Of a stretch of 64,000 nt of DNA, positions 1-10,650 are shown one piece after another. A program made the translations under genes and the position numbers. The stretch comes from Dehalococcoidia bacterium (GTDB taxonomy: Bacteria > Chloroflexota > Dehalococcoidia > Lucifugimonadales > Australimonadaceae): NCBI GenBank assembly GCA_963579135.1, contig CAUZFB010000004.1, positions 11,583 to 75,582 on the forward strand, in the 5' to 3' direction. Position 1 is the stretch's first letter; every line of letters begins with the position of its first letter. Under the pieces are notes generated by a model, which had not been told where the DNA came from, ran no database searches, and was given only the letters and a program-made list of their open reading frames with translations.

Positions 1-1
1 A

Positions 2-892
2 GAAACCGATTTCGATTGCCCTAGATGTGACGTGCAAGGCGTACAACGGAAGCTCCTCTTACGAGATGGAAGCAACGGACGATTCTTCGCTTGCTCCGGT
101 TACCCCAGAAGTTGCAGGTATACGGCCCCAGTGGGTCTCGATGGGGGACCGAAGCCACCGGAGGTCTATGGCCTATGTCCAGCATGCAACGAGGGGCAAC
201 TGACAAAACGAGATGGAAGAAACGGTACCTACTTTTTCTGTGACAACCTCACCAAGTGTAGGTACACCGGCGATCCGAGTGATAGCAGCGATTCGAACAG
301 TGGGCCCAAACCCGCAGAGTTCGCGGGGGCCTGTCCCCAGTGTTCGTCCAAACTCGCTGTTCGTAACGGGAGAAACGGACCTTATGCGATGTGTACCGGG
401 ACCAAAAAGAATTGTGGCTATCTTGGTCCGGTTGAACAGACAGATTCACAGGAAAACTATGGAATCTGCCCCCTCTGTGAACAGTATCCTCTTGTCATGA
501 GAAGCGGACCAAGGGGTCCATTTATCGCGTGTTCCGGATTTACCATGATCAAATGCTCGTTCACTGCCGAAGTGGGAGCGGATGGAAAGCCCCAACCCAA
601 AAGAACCTTTGGACCTTGCCTCGATCCGAAATGCAACGGGGGTGAGATCGTTGTTCGACACGGGAAAAGAGGTGAGTTTTATGGTTGTAACAGCTACCCC
701 AAGTGCAGGTTCACAGCCCCTAGGAAGAAGCTGGACGAGAAATGCCCAAACTGCGCCGGCTTGCTGGTAACAGGGCCGCACAAAGTAGATGGTGCCGCTA
801 GCACGCTTTGCACTACCTGCGACTGGTCTCAACAAGAATCCATAAAAGCGCCTGAAGATAATCTGAGTGTCAATCCCACTGATTTAGGCTGA
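2..892 (+). CDS. topA: DNA topoisomerase I-type C-terminal zinc-ribbon repeat region (5' end lies outside the window)
   Basis: The frame is open from the window edge (ETDFDCPRCDVQG...). There are six tandem Cys4 ribbons of the topoisomerase type, e.g. 'GRFFACSGYPRSCRYT', 'GTYFFCDNLTKCRYT', 'GEFYGCNSYPKCRFT', 'CPNCAG...CTTC'. It could instead be a stand-alone multi-zf protein. Confidence 0.6.
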   Translation, partial: ETDFDCPRCDVQGVQRKLLLRDGSNGRFFACSGYPRSCRYTAPVGLDGGPKPPEVYGLCPACNEGQLTKRDGRNGTYFFCDNLTKCRYTGDPSDSSDSNSGPKPAEFAGACPQCSSKLAVRNGRNGPYAMCTGTKKNCGYLGPVEQTDSQENYGICPLCEQYPLVMRSGPRGPFIACSGFTMIKCSFTAEVGADGKPQPKRTFGPCLDPKCNGGEIVVRHGKRGEFYGCNSYPKCRFTAPRKKLDEKCPNCAGLLVTGPHKVDGAASTLCTTCDWSQQESIKAPEDNLSVNPTDLG

Positions 893-920
893 GCCGTCTG
901 TGGGGTAAAGCACTGGTCTT

Positions 921-2015
921 ATGCCGACAAATTCGCCAGGGAAACGCGCCAGAGACGATATCCAGGACACATTGGCGATGTCCTATCGCCAACATCTGTT
1001 TGCAGCCAGAGGGCTTAGTCCCGCAACCATCCGAAACTATATCCAAGACCTGTCTCCTTTTTTTGAGTACCTCGCCAAGGAAGAAGTGAGTTTCGGTCGC
1101 GACGCAAAGGACTTGCGTGCGTTCATCCAGTGCCACGGGGCCACCGGCGTTAGCGGTATGTACCGCCAATTGATCCGCGACTATGTCTCCTGGCTCGTAG
1201 AGCAGCGCCCAATCACTACCGGAAGAGCCGCTGGCCGGCACGGGCACGCTCGCGCCAGCGTCGTCCGCACCATCGCAGCACTCCGCGCATTCATGCGCTA
1301 CCTCATCGACCGCCACAAAATGCCGGACGCGCCTCTCTGGCAAGCGCGATCTTCGATGATGCGGCGATTCACGCCCAAACCTACGCGACGGCTGCCAGAC
1401 ATCGTGTCGGCCAATGACGCCGTGCGTCTGGTGGAAGCGCCCGACCCCGCAGCCGCGACAACGCCCAAGCAGCGTGCCGCCGCACTGCGAGACAGGGCAG
1501 TCCTCGAGCTACTCTACTGCGGAGGGCTCCGCGTCAGCGAAGCATCTGGGATCAATGTCGGCGACGTTGCCCTCGCCAACCGATCTGCGCGGGTGTGGGG
1601 CAAAGGCTCCAAAGCTCGCATGGTGCCGCTCGGAGGTCCCGCCGTCGAGGCCATCGCAACTTACGTGCGCAAGGCGCGAGGCTTGCTGGCCTCCCCGATC
1701 TCCCACCAAGCCCTATTCCTGAACCAACGTGGAGGCAGGCTCACGCAGCGCTCGATTCAGCTGATAGTGCAGCGGTACGCCACCTCCACCGGCCTCCGTC
1801 CTGGCGTCCATCCGCACACCCTGCGCCACTCGTTCGCCACGCACCTTCTGAATGGCGGGGCTGATCTCCGGGTCGTCCAGGAGCTCCTCGGTCACTCCTC
1901 CCCAAGCGCCACGCAGGTGTACACTCACGTGAGTCAAGAAGAAGCGCGCGAAGCGTACTTGTCGGCCCACCCGCTGGCTCAAGAGTCGCCGCAGACTCAT
2001 GAGCCCGCCTCCTAG
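921..2015 (+). CDS. xerC: Tyrosine recombinase XerC/XerD family
   Basis: The C-terminal catalytic region reads 'HPHTLRHSFATHLLNGGADLRVVQELLGHSSPSATQVYTHV'. An earlier 'GLRVSEASG' (Arg box) and an N-terminal SAM-like core-binding domain are present. Confidence 0.88.
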   Translation: MPTNSPGKRARDDIQDTLAMSYRQHLFAARGLSPATIRNYIQDLSPFFEYLAKEEVSFGRDAKDLRAFIQCHGATGVSGMYRQLIRDYVSWLVEQRPITTGRAAGRHGHARASVVRTIAALRAFMRYLIDRHKMPDAPLWQARSSMMRRFTPKPTRRLPDIVSANDAVRLVEAPDPAAATTPKQRAAALRDRAVLELLYCGGLRVSEASGINVGDVALANRSARVWGKGSKARMVPLGGPAVEAIATYVRKARGLLASPISHQALFLNQRGGRLTQRSIQLIVQRYATSTGLRPGVHPHTLRHSFATHLLNGGADLRVVQELLGHSSPSATQVYTHVSQEEAREAYLSAHPLAQESPQTHEPAS

Positions 2016-2024
2016 GACGTTCCC

Positions 2025-2462
2025 ATGCCCATCCTTGTCATAAACGGGCCTAACCTCAATATGTTGGGTCAGCGCGAACCCGAGATCTACGGATCGACGA
2101 CCCTTGCCAAGATCGAGGAGAACGTCAGCACGCGAGCATCCGAACTCGGCGTCTCTGTAACGTTCTTCCAGTCCAACAGCGAAGGCGCTCTGATTGACCA
2201 TCTCCAGCAGCAAGGCCCCATCTCGGACGGCATCGTCATCAACGCGGGTGCGCTGACGCACACGTCAATCGCGCTGCGCGACGCCCTCGCCACGCTCAGC
2301 GTCCGTATCGTTGAGGTGCATATCTCGAACATCTATGCACGCGAGGAATTCAGGCACACTTCGCTGACCGCCCCCGTAGCCAGCGGGCTCATCAGTGGCT
2401 TGGGCCCACAGGGCTACCTTCTCGCGCTGGAATACCTAGCGACCCAAGGGAATAACAAGTGA
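2025..2462 (+). CDS. aroQ: 3-dehydroquinate dehydratase, type II
   Basis: N-terminus '[23 protein letters not shown]' and '[17 protein letters not shown]', '[15 protein letters not shown]' are canonical type II DHQase motifs. Size is 145 aa. Confidence 0.93.
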   Translation: MPILVINGPNLNMLGQREPEIYGSTTLAKIEENVSTRASELGVSVTFFQSNSEGALIDHLQQQGPISDGIVINAGALTHTSIALRDALATLSVRIVEVHISNIYAREEFRHTSLTAPVASGLISGLGPQGYLLALEYLATQGNNK

Positions 2463-3544
2463 GCAAAGCAACTCGCATCGGGCGCCTACGGGCGGTGATG
2501 ATCGACAAACAACTCGACGCATTCCTCATCTCTTCGACTGAGAATCGAGCGTACTATTCGGGCTTCCGTGGGTCTGCAGGTTACCTGTGGATTACCGCTA
2601 CCGACTCCATTCTCGCGACCGACTTCAGATACACTGAGCAGGCTGCAATCCAAGCGACCGACTATCGAATCGTGCGCATCGCTGGCGGCCTCGATTGGTT
2701 CGAGGACGCGCTCAACGAGTCAGGCGCCCGCCGGATCGGCATTGAAGACAGTGCTATGACCGTGTCCCTCTACAACGCCCTCAGCGCAAAGCTAAAAGGA
2801 CGAAACCCCACACCAGAGCTGGTCACCACCGAAGGCGTCGCTTCGCAGCTTCGCGCCGTGAAGGAACCCGCCGAACTGGAGGTCATCCAGCGCGCCATCG
2901 ACCTCGCGGATCAGGCCATGGAGGCCGTCGCTGCCCAACTCCAGCCCGGGCTCACCGAACGCGATGTTGCGTGGATGCTCGAGAAGAGCATGCGAGAGAG
3001 TGGCGCGGACGCCTTGTCATTCGAGACTATCGTGGCGTCCGGCCCCAACGGCGCGAAGGCGCACCACCACCCCAGCGACCGTAAGCTGGAGCTAGGTGAT
3101 GGTGTGGTGATTGACATGGGTGCCCTGTACGACGGCTACTGCAGCGACATCACGCGGACCTTCGTCCTCGGCAAGGCAAGCAGGCAATTCCGCAAGATCT
3201 ACGACATCGTGCTCGCGGCGCAGGAGATTGCAGAAGCCACCGCGCGTGCGGGCATGTCCGGCACGGATGTCGACGGCTTGGCGCGAGCGGTGATTGCCAA
3301 GGCTGGCTACGGTGATGACTTCGGCCACAGCCTCGGCCATGGCATTGGCATCGCAGTCCACGAGATGCCTGGGGTCGGCCCCAATTCGCCTGGAGTCATC
3401 GAGGACGGTATGGTATTCAGCGTGGAGCCGGGCATCTACCTCACCGGCTGGGGCGGCGTCCGCATCGAAGACCTGGTGGTCATGGAGAACGGCAGTCCCC
3501 GTGTCCTGACCCGCGCGCACAAACGAGACTTGGTAGAGATCTAG
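2459..3544 (+). CDS. pepP: Xaa-Pro aminopeptidase / M24B metallopeptidase
   Basis: Creatinase-like N-domain plus M24 core with metal ligands in '[16 protein letters not shown]', 'GHSLGHGIG', 'VFSVEPGIY', 'VRIEDLV'. The GTG start overlaps the aroQ stop. The conserved aroQ-pepP-efp order supports the call. Confidence 0.85.
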   Translation: MSKATRIGRLRAVMIDKQLDAFLISSTENRAYYSGFRGSAGYLWITATDSILATDFRYTEQAAIQATDYRIVRIAGGLDWFEDALNESGARRIGIEDSAMTVSLYNALSAKLKGRNPTPELVTTEGVASQLRAVKEPAELEVIQRAIDLADQAMEAVAAQLQPGLTERDVAWMLEKSMRESGADALSFETIVASGPNGAKAHHHPSDRKLELGDGVVIDMGALYDGYCSDITRTFVLGKASRQFRKIYDIVLAAQEIAEATARAGMSGTDVDGLARAVIAKAGYGDDFGHSLGHGIGIAVHEMPGVGPNSPGVIEDGMVFSVEPGIYLTGWGGVRIEDLVVMENGSPRVLTRAHKRDLVEI

Positions 3545-3576
3545 CGCTCTTTGGAACAAGAACAGGAGACGAACGG

Positions 3577-4146
3577 ATGGTAATGGAGTTCGGAGACCTC
3601 CGGCGTGGGTCCACCGTAGAGGTGGACGGTGTGCCTTTCAAGGTTGAGGAGTACTACCAGCAAAAGATGCAGCAACGCGCCCCGGTGTACCACATCAAGA
3701 TGCGTAACCTGCTCACTGGTCAACTACTCGACAAGACCTACTCGGGATACGGACTCAAGCTCCAGCGAGCCCCCGTCGAGAACCGCGATTGCACGTTCTT
3801 GTACGAGGCAGACGGCATCTACAACTTCATGGATTCAGAGTCGTACGACCAGTACGAGCTAGACAAGGGCACCGTCGGCGACGCCGTAAGCTACTTGGTC
3901 GACCAGACCGGCTGCCAGGTGGTCATGTTCAAGGACAAGCCCATCATGGTTGAGCTTCCCATTACGGTGGACCTCGTCGTTGCAGAGACACCTCCCGGCT
4001 ACAAGGGCGATACCGCATCCGGTAGCGGCAAGCCCGCGACGCTTGAGACCGGCATCGTCCTCACCGTGCCCATGTTCATCACCCCTGGCGAGAAGGTCAG
4101 GGTAGACACGCGTACCGGTGAGTACGTAACGCGCGTTTCGGGCTAG
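3577..4146 (+). CDS. efp: Elongation factor P
   Basis: 189 aa. Motifs 'GDLRRGSTVEVDGVPFKVEEY', 'PGYKGDTASGSGKPATLETG' and 'VPMFI..GEKVRVDTRTGEY' match EF-P. A GGAGA Shine-Dalgarno sequence lies upstream. Confidence 0.95.
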   Translation: MVMEFGDLRRGSTVEVDGVPFKVEEYYQQKMQQRAPVYHIKMRNLLTGQLLDKTYSGYGLKLQRAPVENRDCTFLYEADGIYNFMDSESYDQYELDKGTVGDAVSYLVDQTGCQVVMFKDKPIMVELPITVDLVVAETPPGYKGDTASGSGKPATLETGIVLTVPMFITPGEKVRVDTRTGEYVTRVSG

Positions 4147-4190
4147 GTGCGGGAAACGGGGCAGCGCACGTGCTGCCCCGACGCCAACCC

Positions 4191-5369
4191 ATGGACATCT
4201 ATACCGTAAGCCAGCTCGCGGACTACGTACGGACCACGCTTGCGCGCGACCCACTGTTGCGCGATGTCTGGGTTTCCGGCGAGGTCACCAACCTGTTCCG
4301 GTCCGGCGCAGGCCATGTGTACTTCTCGGTCAAAGACACCGACGCCGCGATGAAGTCGGTGCTGTTCGCGGGGAATGCTGGCGCTCAGCACCTCACCAGT
4401 GGTGCACAGATCAACGCCCACGGACGAGTCTCGTACTACCCAGTTCGTGGCGAAACCCAGCTCTACGTGGACGTCGTCCTACCTGCTGGCGCCGGTGCAC
4501 TGGCCGCCGAATTCGAGCGGCTACGAGCGATGCTGGAGACGGAGGGTTTGTTTGACCCGTCGCGTAAGCGCCCGCTCCCGACATTCCCCACGACGGTCGG
4601 CGTGGTCACCTCCGAGCAGGGTGCCGTAATCCACGACATCATGAACGTTCTGGCGCATCGCTATCCGTTGGCCGAACTCATTCTGTTCCCAGCCACCGTA
4701 CAGGGCGACAGCGCCCCCGCCGAGATCGCAGAAGGCATCCGCACGCTGAACGCACTGGGCAATATCAGCGTCATCATCGTCGGTCGAGGCGGTGGCTCCA
4801 TGGAGGATCTGTGGGCGTTCAACACCGAAGAGGTCGCTCGCGCCATTCACGGTAGCCGGGTGCCCATCGTCAGCGCGGTCGGCCACGAGTCCGATTTCAC
4901 CATCGCCGACTTCGTCGCCGACCTCCGCGCGCCCACGCCATCGGCAGCCGCAGCAGCCGTCTCGCCAGACATCAGGGAGCTTCGGCGTGAGGTACTCAAC
5001 CTCACTCGACACGCCCGCCAACACCTTGGCACTCAGCTTATACAGCATTCGCGTGCCACCGAGACATTAGTTTCGCGCATGCAACGCACGCTGCCCGACA
5101 CCGCCGTCCAGCGTCAGCGTATCGACGACGTTCTCGAACGCGGCAGGACGGCGCTACGTACGATATTCAACACGCGGAGGCATGAAACGTTGGCACTCGA
5201 GACGGCGCTTGGTGCGCTCAGCCCCCTGGCCGTGCTGGACCGCGGCTTCGCATTGGTCACGAATCCATCCACTGGCACGCCCATCTCCTCTGTGAGCGAC
5301 GTGGCCGCAGGTGATATCGTGCGAGTGCAGGTTAGAGACGGATCCTTTCAAACTGATGTGCGTCCATGA
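4191..5369 (+). CDS. xseA: Exodeoxyribonuclease VII large subunit
   Basis: 'MDIYTVSQLADYVRTTL...VWVSGEVTN...SGHVYFSVKD' (OB fold) and 'IIVGRGGGSMEDLWAFN', 'PIVSAVGHESDFTIADFVAD'. I chose the internal ATG at 4191. The ORF track starts at 4170. Confidence 0.9.
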   Translation: MDIYTVSQLADYVRTTLARDPLLRDVWVSGEVTNLFRSGAGHVYFSVKDTDAAMKSVLFAGNAGAQHLTSGAQINAHGRVSYYPVRGETQLYVDVVLPAGAGALAAEFERLRAMLETEGLFDPSRKRPLPTFPTTVGVVTSEQGAVIHDIMNVLAHRYPLAELILFPATVQGDSAPAEIAEGIRTLNALGNISVIIVGRGGGSMEDLWAFNTEEVARAIHGSRVPIVSAVGHESDFTIADFVADLRAPTPSAAAAAVSPDIRELRREVLNLTRHARQHLGTQLIQHSRATETLVSRMQRTLPDTAVQRQRIDDVLERGRTALRTIFNTRRHETLALETALGALSPLAVLDRGFALVTNPSTGTPISSVSDVAAGDIVRVQVRDGSFQTDVRP

Positions 5370-5632
5370 GCAAACAAGACAAATCGCCCACGTTCGAAGA
5401 GGCATTCACCGAGCTCCGAGCCACGGTTGAATCGCTTGAAGGCGGAAACCTCTCACTCGAGGACGCAACCACGCTCTTCGAGAAGGGGATGCAGCTCGCA
5501 AAGCAATGCAACGAGCAGTTGTCCAAGGCGGAGCTCCAAGTCTCACGTCTCCAACGGAGCTTCGGTGAGCAGATGGCGATGATCCAGTCCGCCGAGTCAG
5601 AGCTGCTGGATGATGACGAGGAGAACGAGTGA
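5366..5632 (+). CDS. xseB: Exodeoxyribonuclease VII small subunit
   Basis: 88 aa. 'FEEAFTELRATVESLEGGNLSLEDATTLFEKGMQLAKQC' is the typical XseB helix-turn-helix hairpin. The start overlaps the xseA stop. Confidence 0.9.
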   Translation: MSKQDKSPTFEEAFTELRATVESLEGGNLSLEDATTLFEKGMQLAKQCNEQLSKAELQVSRLQRSFGEQMAMIQSAESELLDDDEENE

Positions 5633-6306
5633 CGCTCCGCGGCGATTTCCACATGCACACGTATTACTCGTACGACTGCGCGAACACCCCGGATGCATTG
5701 GTCCGCCGGTGCAAGCAGGTGGGTCTGAACTGCATCGCGGTCACCGACCACAACAGCATCGAGGGCTCTCGGGCCGTCAGCAAAATCGCCGACTTCACGG
5801 TCATCCTCGGAGAAGAGGTGATGTCCACGTCAGGTGAGATCACCGGTCTCTTCCTCCAGGAACAGATTACTCCAGGCCTGAGCCCCGTGGAAACGGCGAA
5901 ACGCATCAAGGAGCAAGGAGCGCTCGTCTCGGTCCCGCACCCATTCGCAGGATCAGGCCGGTCGTCTTTGGCTCAAGCCGTGGTCCTAGAGATCCTGGAC
6001 TACATCGACATCATCGAGGGCTTCAACGCTCGCACCATGAGCGCTGCAACCACCGAGACGGGCCGAGCGTTCGCGACAGAGCATGGGCTCATTCGTACCG
6101 CAGTCAGCGACGCTCACACGCTGCGTGAGCTCGGCGCCACGTACACGGAATTCCCAGAGTTCGATGGCACGCCCGAGGGGTTCAAGCAGGCCCTCACCGA
6201 GGCGACTCTCGTCGAACATCCTGCGGGGAAGTTCGTTCACATCTACTCAACGCTGAACAAGGTTCGCCGCAAGTTCTGGGGTCCTCCCAAGAGGCCGCAA
6301 GCGTGA
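5629..6306 (+). CDS. PHP-domain metal-dependent phosphoesterase
   Basis: 'GDFHMHTYYSYDC', 'IAVTDHNSIEG' and 'VSDAHT' are PHP-family His/Asp motifs. The gene is overlap-coupled to xseB. Confidence 0.75.
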   Translation: MTLRGDFHMHTYYSYDCANTPDALVRRCKQVGLNCIAVTDHNSIEGSRAVSKIADFTVILGEEVMSTSGEITGLFLQEQITPGLSPVETAKRIKEQGALVSVPHPFAGSGRSSLAQAVVLEILDYIDIIEGFNARTMSAATTETGRAFATEHGLIRTAVSDAHTLRELGATYTEFPEFDGTPEGFKQALTEATLVEHPAGKFVHIYSTLNKVRRKFWGPPKRPQA

Positions 6307-7058
6307 CACTGCGCCTCGGTTGGTTCACCGCTGGCCGCGGACCTGGCTCACGCGGCATGTTCGAACGCACCCTTACTGCCATCGACGATGGATCGCTGGA
6401 TGCGGCGATTGAGTTCGTGTTCATGCATCGCGAGCGTGGCGAAGGCGACGGCAGCGACGGTTTCATGGACCGGGCCAATGCGCGAGGCATTCCCGTCGCC
6501 AGCCTCTCATCCCAACATTTCCGGCGTGAGCACGACGGCGACTTCGCGTCCCATCGCGAGGAATATGACGCACAGGTCGCCGAGCTTATCTCGCCCTACG
6601 ACGTCGACCTGTGCGTGCTCGCGGGCTACCTGCTGATCCTCAGCCCAGTCCTCATCGGCGCATCGACGTTCGTAAACCTGCACCCCGCCCTGCCCGATGG
6701 CCCAGCGGGACTGTGGCAGCAGGTGATCTGGCAGCTCGTCGACCAACGAGCGATTGAAACCGGCAACATGACCCAGGTCGTAAGCAACGATCTCGACCGC
6801 GGCCCCCAGTTGGCCTATAACCGAGTTCCCATCACCGGCGCCGGATTTGACTCGCTTTGGACAGCGATTGGCTCGGCTCCATCCTCGCTCTTGAAAACCG
6901 GGGCAGGCGAAAATCACCCGTTATTTTGCGCGATACGTGCGGCGGGCGTCCGGAGTGAACCCAACTTGCTGCTGGAAACCCTCAAAGCAATCGCTCAGGG
7001 CTCTCTCAGCGCCATCGATCCGCCGCAGACGCCCGTCGACCTCACTGAGCCCTGTTGA
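6303..7058 (+). CDS. Formyltransferase-family protein (PurN-like N-terminal domain)
   Basis: 'DLCVLAGYLLILSPVLI...FVNLHPALPDGPAG' resembles the formyl_trans_N motif (xxNxHPSLLP). The N-terminal 'LRLGWFTAGRGPGSR' looks like a nucleotide-binding strand. The substrate is unknown. Confidence 0.6.
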   Translation: MTLRLGWFTAGRGPGSRGMFERTLTAIDDGSLDAAIEFVFMHRERGEGDGSDGFMDRANARGIPVASLSSQHFRREHDGDFASHREEYDAQVAELISPYDVDLCVLAGYLLILSPVLIGASTFVNLHPALPDGPAGLWQQVIWQLVDQRAIETGNMTQVVSNDLDRGPQLAYNRVPITGAGFDSLWTAIGSAPSSLLKTGAGENHPLFCAIRAAGVRSEPNLLLETLKAIAQGSLSAIDPPQTPVDLTEPC

Positions 7059-7123
7059 GGCGGCCCTACGCGGCCTGTAGCCATCATGGCCCAGTCACCC
7101 CACTCGAGTTTGACACTACCCCA

Positions 7124-7170
7124 ACCCAACCACGAAGCCTCCGCATATCGTGGAGGCTTCGTGGTTGGGT
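7124..7170. terminator. Long perfect hairpin between the convergent formyltransferase gene and clpX (probable bidirectional terminator)
   Basis: 19-nt arms ACCCAACCACGAAGCCTCC (7124..7142) and GGAGGCTTCGTGGTTGGGT (7152..7170) flank a 9-nt loop. There is no clear U-tract. Confidence 0.55.
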
Positions 7171-7189
7171 ATGCAGCGTACAGGGGGGG

Positions 7190-8482
7190 TCAGGCGCTTC
7201 TCGCTCCGCCTAGCCCTGAGATCTCGATAACCTGGCCATTGTGGGATAGCAAGCGTGGCTGCGAGAGCTTACCGTTGGCGTCGATGTCGATCACGCACTT
7301 GTGCACCTGGTCGAGTGAAGGCAGCTCGAACATCACATCGAGAAGCGCCTCCTCAATGATTGTCCGCAATCCCCGCGCGCCAGTCTTGCGCTCAAGCGCC
7401 TGCGCTGCGGCAGACTCTAGCGCGGCCGGAGTGAAGCTCAGCTCCACGCCGTCGAGCGAGAACAGCTGCTCGAACTGCTTGGTGACCGCGTTCTTCGGCT
7501 CGGTCAGCACGCGAACCATGTCCGGGAGGTCCAGTCCATTGAGCGCAACCACCACCGGCAAGCGGCCGATGAGCTCCGGGATGAAACCGTACTGACCCAG
7601 GTCCTCGGACAACACCGCCCGCCGAATCTCGTCGTCGGTGCCCCGGCCGGTGCCACCGGAGTGGAATCCTATGCGGTGGTCAGTCATCACACGCCGGGCA
7701 ATCACCTGCTCGATGCCATCGAAGGCACCACCGCAGATGAACAGGATATTGTCGGTCTTGATCTGCAGGAACTCCTGCTGCGGGTGCTTCCGTCCACCCT
7801 GCGGTGGAACGTTGGCAACCGAACCTTCAATCAGCTTCAAAAGCGCCTGCTGCACACCCTCGCCAGACACGTCGCGTGTGATGGACGCGTTCGCGCCCTT
7901 CCGAGCGATCTTGTCGATCTCATCGATGTAAATGATCCCGTGCTCGGCACGGCTGATGTCAAAGTCCGCGGTCTGAATCAAGCGCAGGAGGATATTCTCA
8001 ACGTCCTCACCCACGTAGCCCGCCTCGGTCAACGACGTCGCGTCGACGATGGCAAAGGGCACATCAAGGATGCGCGCCATCGTTTGCGCGAGCAGTGTCT
8101 TGCCAGACCCCGTGGGGCCAACCAGCAGAATATTGCTCTTTTGGATCTCCACATCATGGGTTACCGAGTTGGACCACACGCGCTTGTAATGATTGTAAAC
8201 AGCAACGCTGAGCACTCGCTTCGCGCGGTCTTGGCCGACAACGTACTCGTCAAGCTTCTCCGCGATTTCTTTGGGGGAGAGACTCTTGGGGGGTAAGTCC
8301 GGGTAAGCGGCAGTCTGCGCGCTCTCTTCCGTGATGATCTGCTGGCAGAGACGGACGCATTCATCACAGATAAACACACGCCCAGGGCCAGCAATCAATC
8401 GCCTTACGTTCGCCTGAGCTTTGCCGCAGAAAGAGCACGTGTGCTCGGTACGACTCGTCGTACCGGAGGAGCTACTCGGCAT
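7190..8482 (-). CDS. clpX: ATP-dependent Clp protease ATP-binding subunit ClpX
   Basis: N-terminal zinc finger 'CSFCGK...FICDECV', Walker A '[12 protein letters not shown]', '[10 protein letters not shown]', and the pore-2/sensor region 'GARGLR'. Confidence 0.96.
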   Translation of the reverse strand: MPSSSSGTTSRTEHTCSFCGKAQANVRRLIAGPGRVFICDECVRLCQQIITEESAQTAAYPDLPPKSLSPKEIAEKLDEYVVGQDRAKRVLSVAVYNHYKRVWSNSVTHDVEIQKSNILLVGPTGSGKTLLAQTMARILDVPFAIVDATSLTEAGYVGEDVENILLRLIQTADFDISRAEHGIIYIDEIDKIARKGANASITRDVSGEGVQQALLKLIEGSVANVPPQGGRKHPQQEFLQIKTDNILFICGGAFDGIEQVIARRVMTDHRIGFHSGGTGRGTDDEIRRAVLSEDLGQYGFIPELIGRLPVVVALNGLDLPDMVRVLTEPKNAVTKQFEQLFSLDGVELSFTPAALESAAAQALERKTGARGLRTIIEEALLDVMFELPSLDQVHKCVIDIDANGKLSQPRLLSHNGQVIEISGLGGARSA

Positions 8483-8506
8483 CGGTAATCCTTCCTCGGA
8501 CAGCCG

Positions 8507-9163
8507 TTAGCTGTCTTTGGTCTCGGCGCTGTCCTGTCCCAATACCTCGTCAATCAGACCATATGCTTTCGCTTCCGGAGCAGCGAGGTAATAATCCCGG
8601 TCAGAATCCCGGGCAATCTTCTCGTAGGTCTGGCCACTGTGCTTGACCAGAATCCCACGAATGATGTCCTGCATGCGCAGGATTTCGCGCGCCGCGATCT
8701 CGATGTCCGCAGCCTGACCTTGCGCGCCACCGAGTGCCTGGTGCATGTGCACTGTCGAGTTCGGTAGAGCGAAGCGCTTGCCGGCGGCTCCCCCCGCCAG
8801 CAGAATCGTGCCCATGCTTGCAGCCATGCCCACACAGATCGTGGACACGTCGGGCTTAATCAGCTGCATCGTGTCGTAAATCGCCAGCCCCGACGTGATA
8901 ACGCCTCCAGGACTATTGATGTAAAGATTGATGTCCTTGTCGGGATCCTCACGCTCAAGATACAGGAGCTGGGCCACGATAACGTTTGACACCTGGTCAT
9001 TGATGCTGGTGCCCAAGTAGACGATGCGCTCTTTGAGCAACATCGAGTAGATGTCGAATGCCCGTTCTCCCCTCGCACCGCTCTCAATGACTGTAGGGAT
9101 GATGTTCTGTGCCTGATCCACCAGGCGTCCATCAATAGGGCCGTGGATGGGAAAATTATTCAT
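8507..9163 (-). CDS. clpP: ATP-dependent Clp protease proteolytic subunit ClpP
   Basis: '[26 protein letters not shown]', active-site 'GMAASMG' and 'MHQ' match ClpP. It lies immediately upstream of clpX. Confidence 0.96.
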   Translation of the reverse strand: MNNFPIHGPIDGRLVDQAQNIIPTVIESGARGERAFDIYSMLLKERIVYLGTSINDQVSNVIVAQLLYLEREDPDKDINLYINSPGGVITSGLAIYDTMQLIKPDVSTICVGMAASMGTILLAGGAAGKRFALPNSTVHMHQALGGAQGQAADIEIAAREILRMQDIIRGILVKHSGQTYEKIARDSDRDYYLAAPEAKAYGLIDEVLGQDSAETKDS

Positions 9164-9177
9164 CAGTGCCTCCGGGG

Positions 9178-10620
9178 TTAGTCGCTCTTTGGTCGGGTCG
9201 TAGTCGGGCCGCTCGCCTTCTTGGGAGCGGCTTTCTTAGCGGCGGGCTTGGCCGCAGCAGCCTTGGGCTTTACGGCGCGAGACTTCGGTTTCGCGGCGGT
9301 CCCCGTTGACTGTGCGGCGATCTCAGAAAGGTACTGGAGCGTCTTCCGATTCACCAACACCCGGCCAAGCGATTCACGCCGATCAGGATCTAGGAACAAC
9401 GTTCGCAACTGGTCCGCACCGTCGCGGGAATCAGCAGCCATGACCTCTACCTCTGCATCGATGTCCTCGTCGGTTGCCTCGAACTTCTGGCGGGCCGCGA
9501 CCTCACGCAGGACGTGCGCTCGCTTGAGACGCTCTTCCACTTGCGGACGTGCAGACTCGTGGAGTTCCTCTTCGGACATCGCCTGCCAAGCGATCGCTTG
9601 CTGGTAGTCCTCGATCGAAGTGAACCGGCCTGCCTTGAACTCGGCCTGGCGCTCGTGAACGTAGTGCTCAAGCTCGTGTTCAATGATTAGCGGCGACATC
9701 TCAACCGTCGCTCCCTCGACGACTTTGCCTAACACTTGATCTTGGTGCATCGCATCAGCGTTGCGCTTGTCGCGCTCCCGCAGGTCACCTTCTACGCGTT
9801 CACGGAGCGCCTGCATGGATTCGAATCCATCGCCCACACCCTTGGCGAACTCATCGTCCAGCTCGGGGAGCTGCTTGCGCTTCAGTTGGTGAACCGTCGC
9901 CTCAAAGAACGCTTTTTTACCGGCGTAGTCCTGGTTCTCGAAATCCTCAGGAACGTCCACGGTGAACGTGGACTTCTTATTCTGCGCCAGCCCAACAAGT
10001 CCTTCGTCGAACCCAGGAATCGGGAATCGCGTGCCGGGCCGTGGGATGTACTCGGTGTTTTCGCTCTGGACAATCTCCCGGCGTTCGCCGTCTTCGTCGA
10101 TCCAACCCTCAACGGTCAGCTCAATCAGGTCCTCCATCTCAACCTTGCCCTTGGCGGGCTCCCAGACAGCCTGCTCTTGGCGAAACTGGTCGAGAACCGC
10201 GTCAGCCTGCTCGGTACTGTCATCCGGTGGTGTCTTCTCCACTCGAACTGACTCGAGATCGCCCAGGTCTACCGTAGGGATGAGCGGGATAGTCGCTTTA
10301 AACGAAGGCGGATCGAAACTCTCGATGGAAACTGACGGGATACCGCCGAGCGCGAGGTTTTCCTGCTCCACAGCCTTGTTCGTAACGTCTTGGATCATGC
10401 TATCCAAGGCTTCGTTGATCAGGTACTCGCGGCCAAACATTTGCTCCACGATTTTGCGCGGGGCTTTCCCCTTTCGGAATCCGGGAATGTTCAGGCGGCG
10501 GACCGCTTGGCGGTAGGCCTGATCTAGGTATGGCTCAACCTCGGCCTCGTCGAGGTCGATGGTCAGCACTGCTTCTCTCGAGGGACGTTGCTCGGAAATT
10601 ACCTTCAATGTTCTACCCAC
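9178..10620 (-). CDS. tig: Trigger factor
   Basis: '[19 protein letters not shown]' is the ribosome-binding signature (GFRxGxxP). An FKBP-like middle domain is present, and the C-terminus is a lysine/alanine-rich tail. The tig-clpP-clpX order is classic. The true start may be an internal TTG ('LKVISEQ'). Confidence 0.92.
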   Translation of the reverse strand: MGRTLKVISEQRPSREAVLTIDLDEAEVEPYLDQAYRQAVRRLNIPGFRKGKAPRKIVEQMFGREYLINEALDSMIQDVTNKAVEQENLALGGIPSVSIESFDPPSFKATIPLIPTVDLGDLESVRVEKTPPDDSTEQADAVLDQFRQEQAVWEPAKGKVEMEDLIELTVEGWIDEDGERREIVQSENTEYIPRPGTRFPIPGFDEGLVGLAQNKKSTFTVDVPEDFENQDYAGKKAFFEATVHQLKRKQLPELDDEFAKGVGDGFESMQALRERVEGDLRERDKRNADAMHQDQVLGKVVEGATVEMSPLIIEHELEHYVHERQAEFKAGRFTSIEDYQQAIAWQAMSEEELHESARPQVEERLKRAHVLREVAARQKFEATDEDIDAEVEVMAADSRDGADQLRTLFLDPDRRESLGRVLVNRKTLQYLSEIAAQSTGTAAKPKSRAVKPKAAAAKPAAKKAAPKKASGPTTTRPKSD

Positions 10621-10650
10621 GTTTCAGATGCGGAATTCTTTATTGGAGAT

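Noticed and set aside
921-2015. The tyrosine recombinase as a phage or integrative-element integrase marking a mobile element.
   Set aside because: The sequence is XerC/XerD-like throughout. It sits between topA and aroQ/efp housekeeping genes, with no flanking tRNA, direct repeats, or phage or transposase genes.
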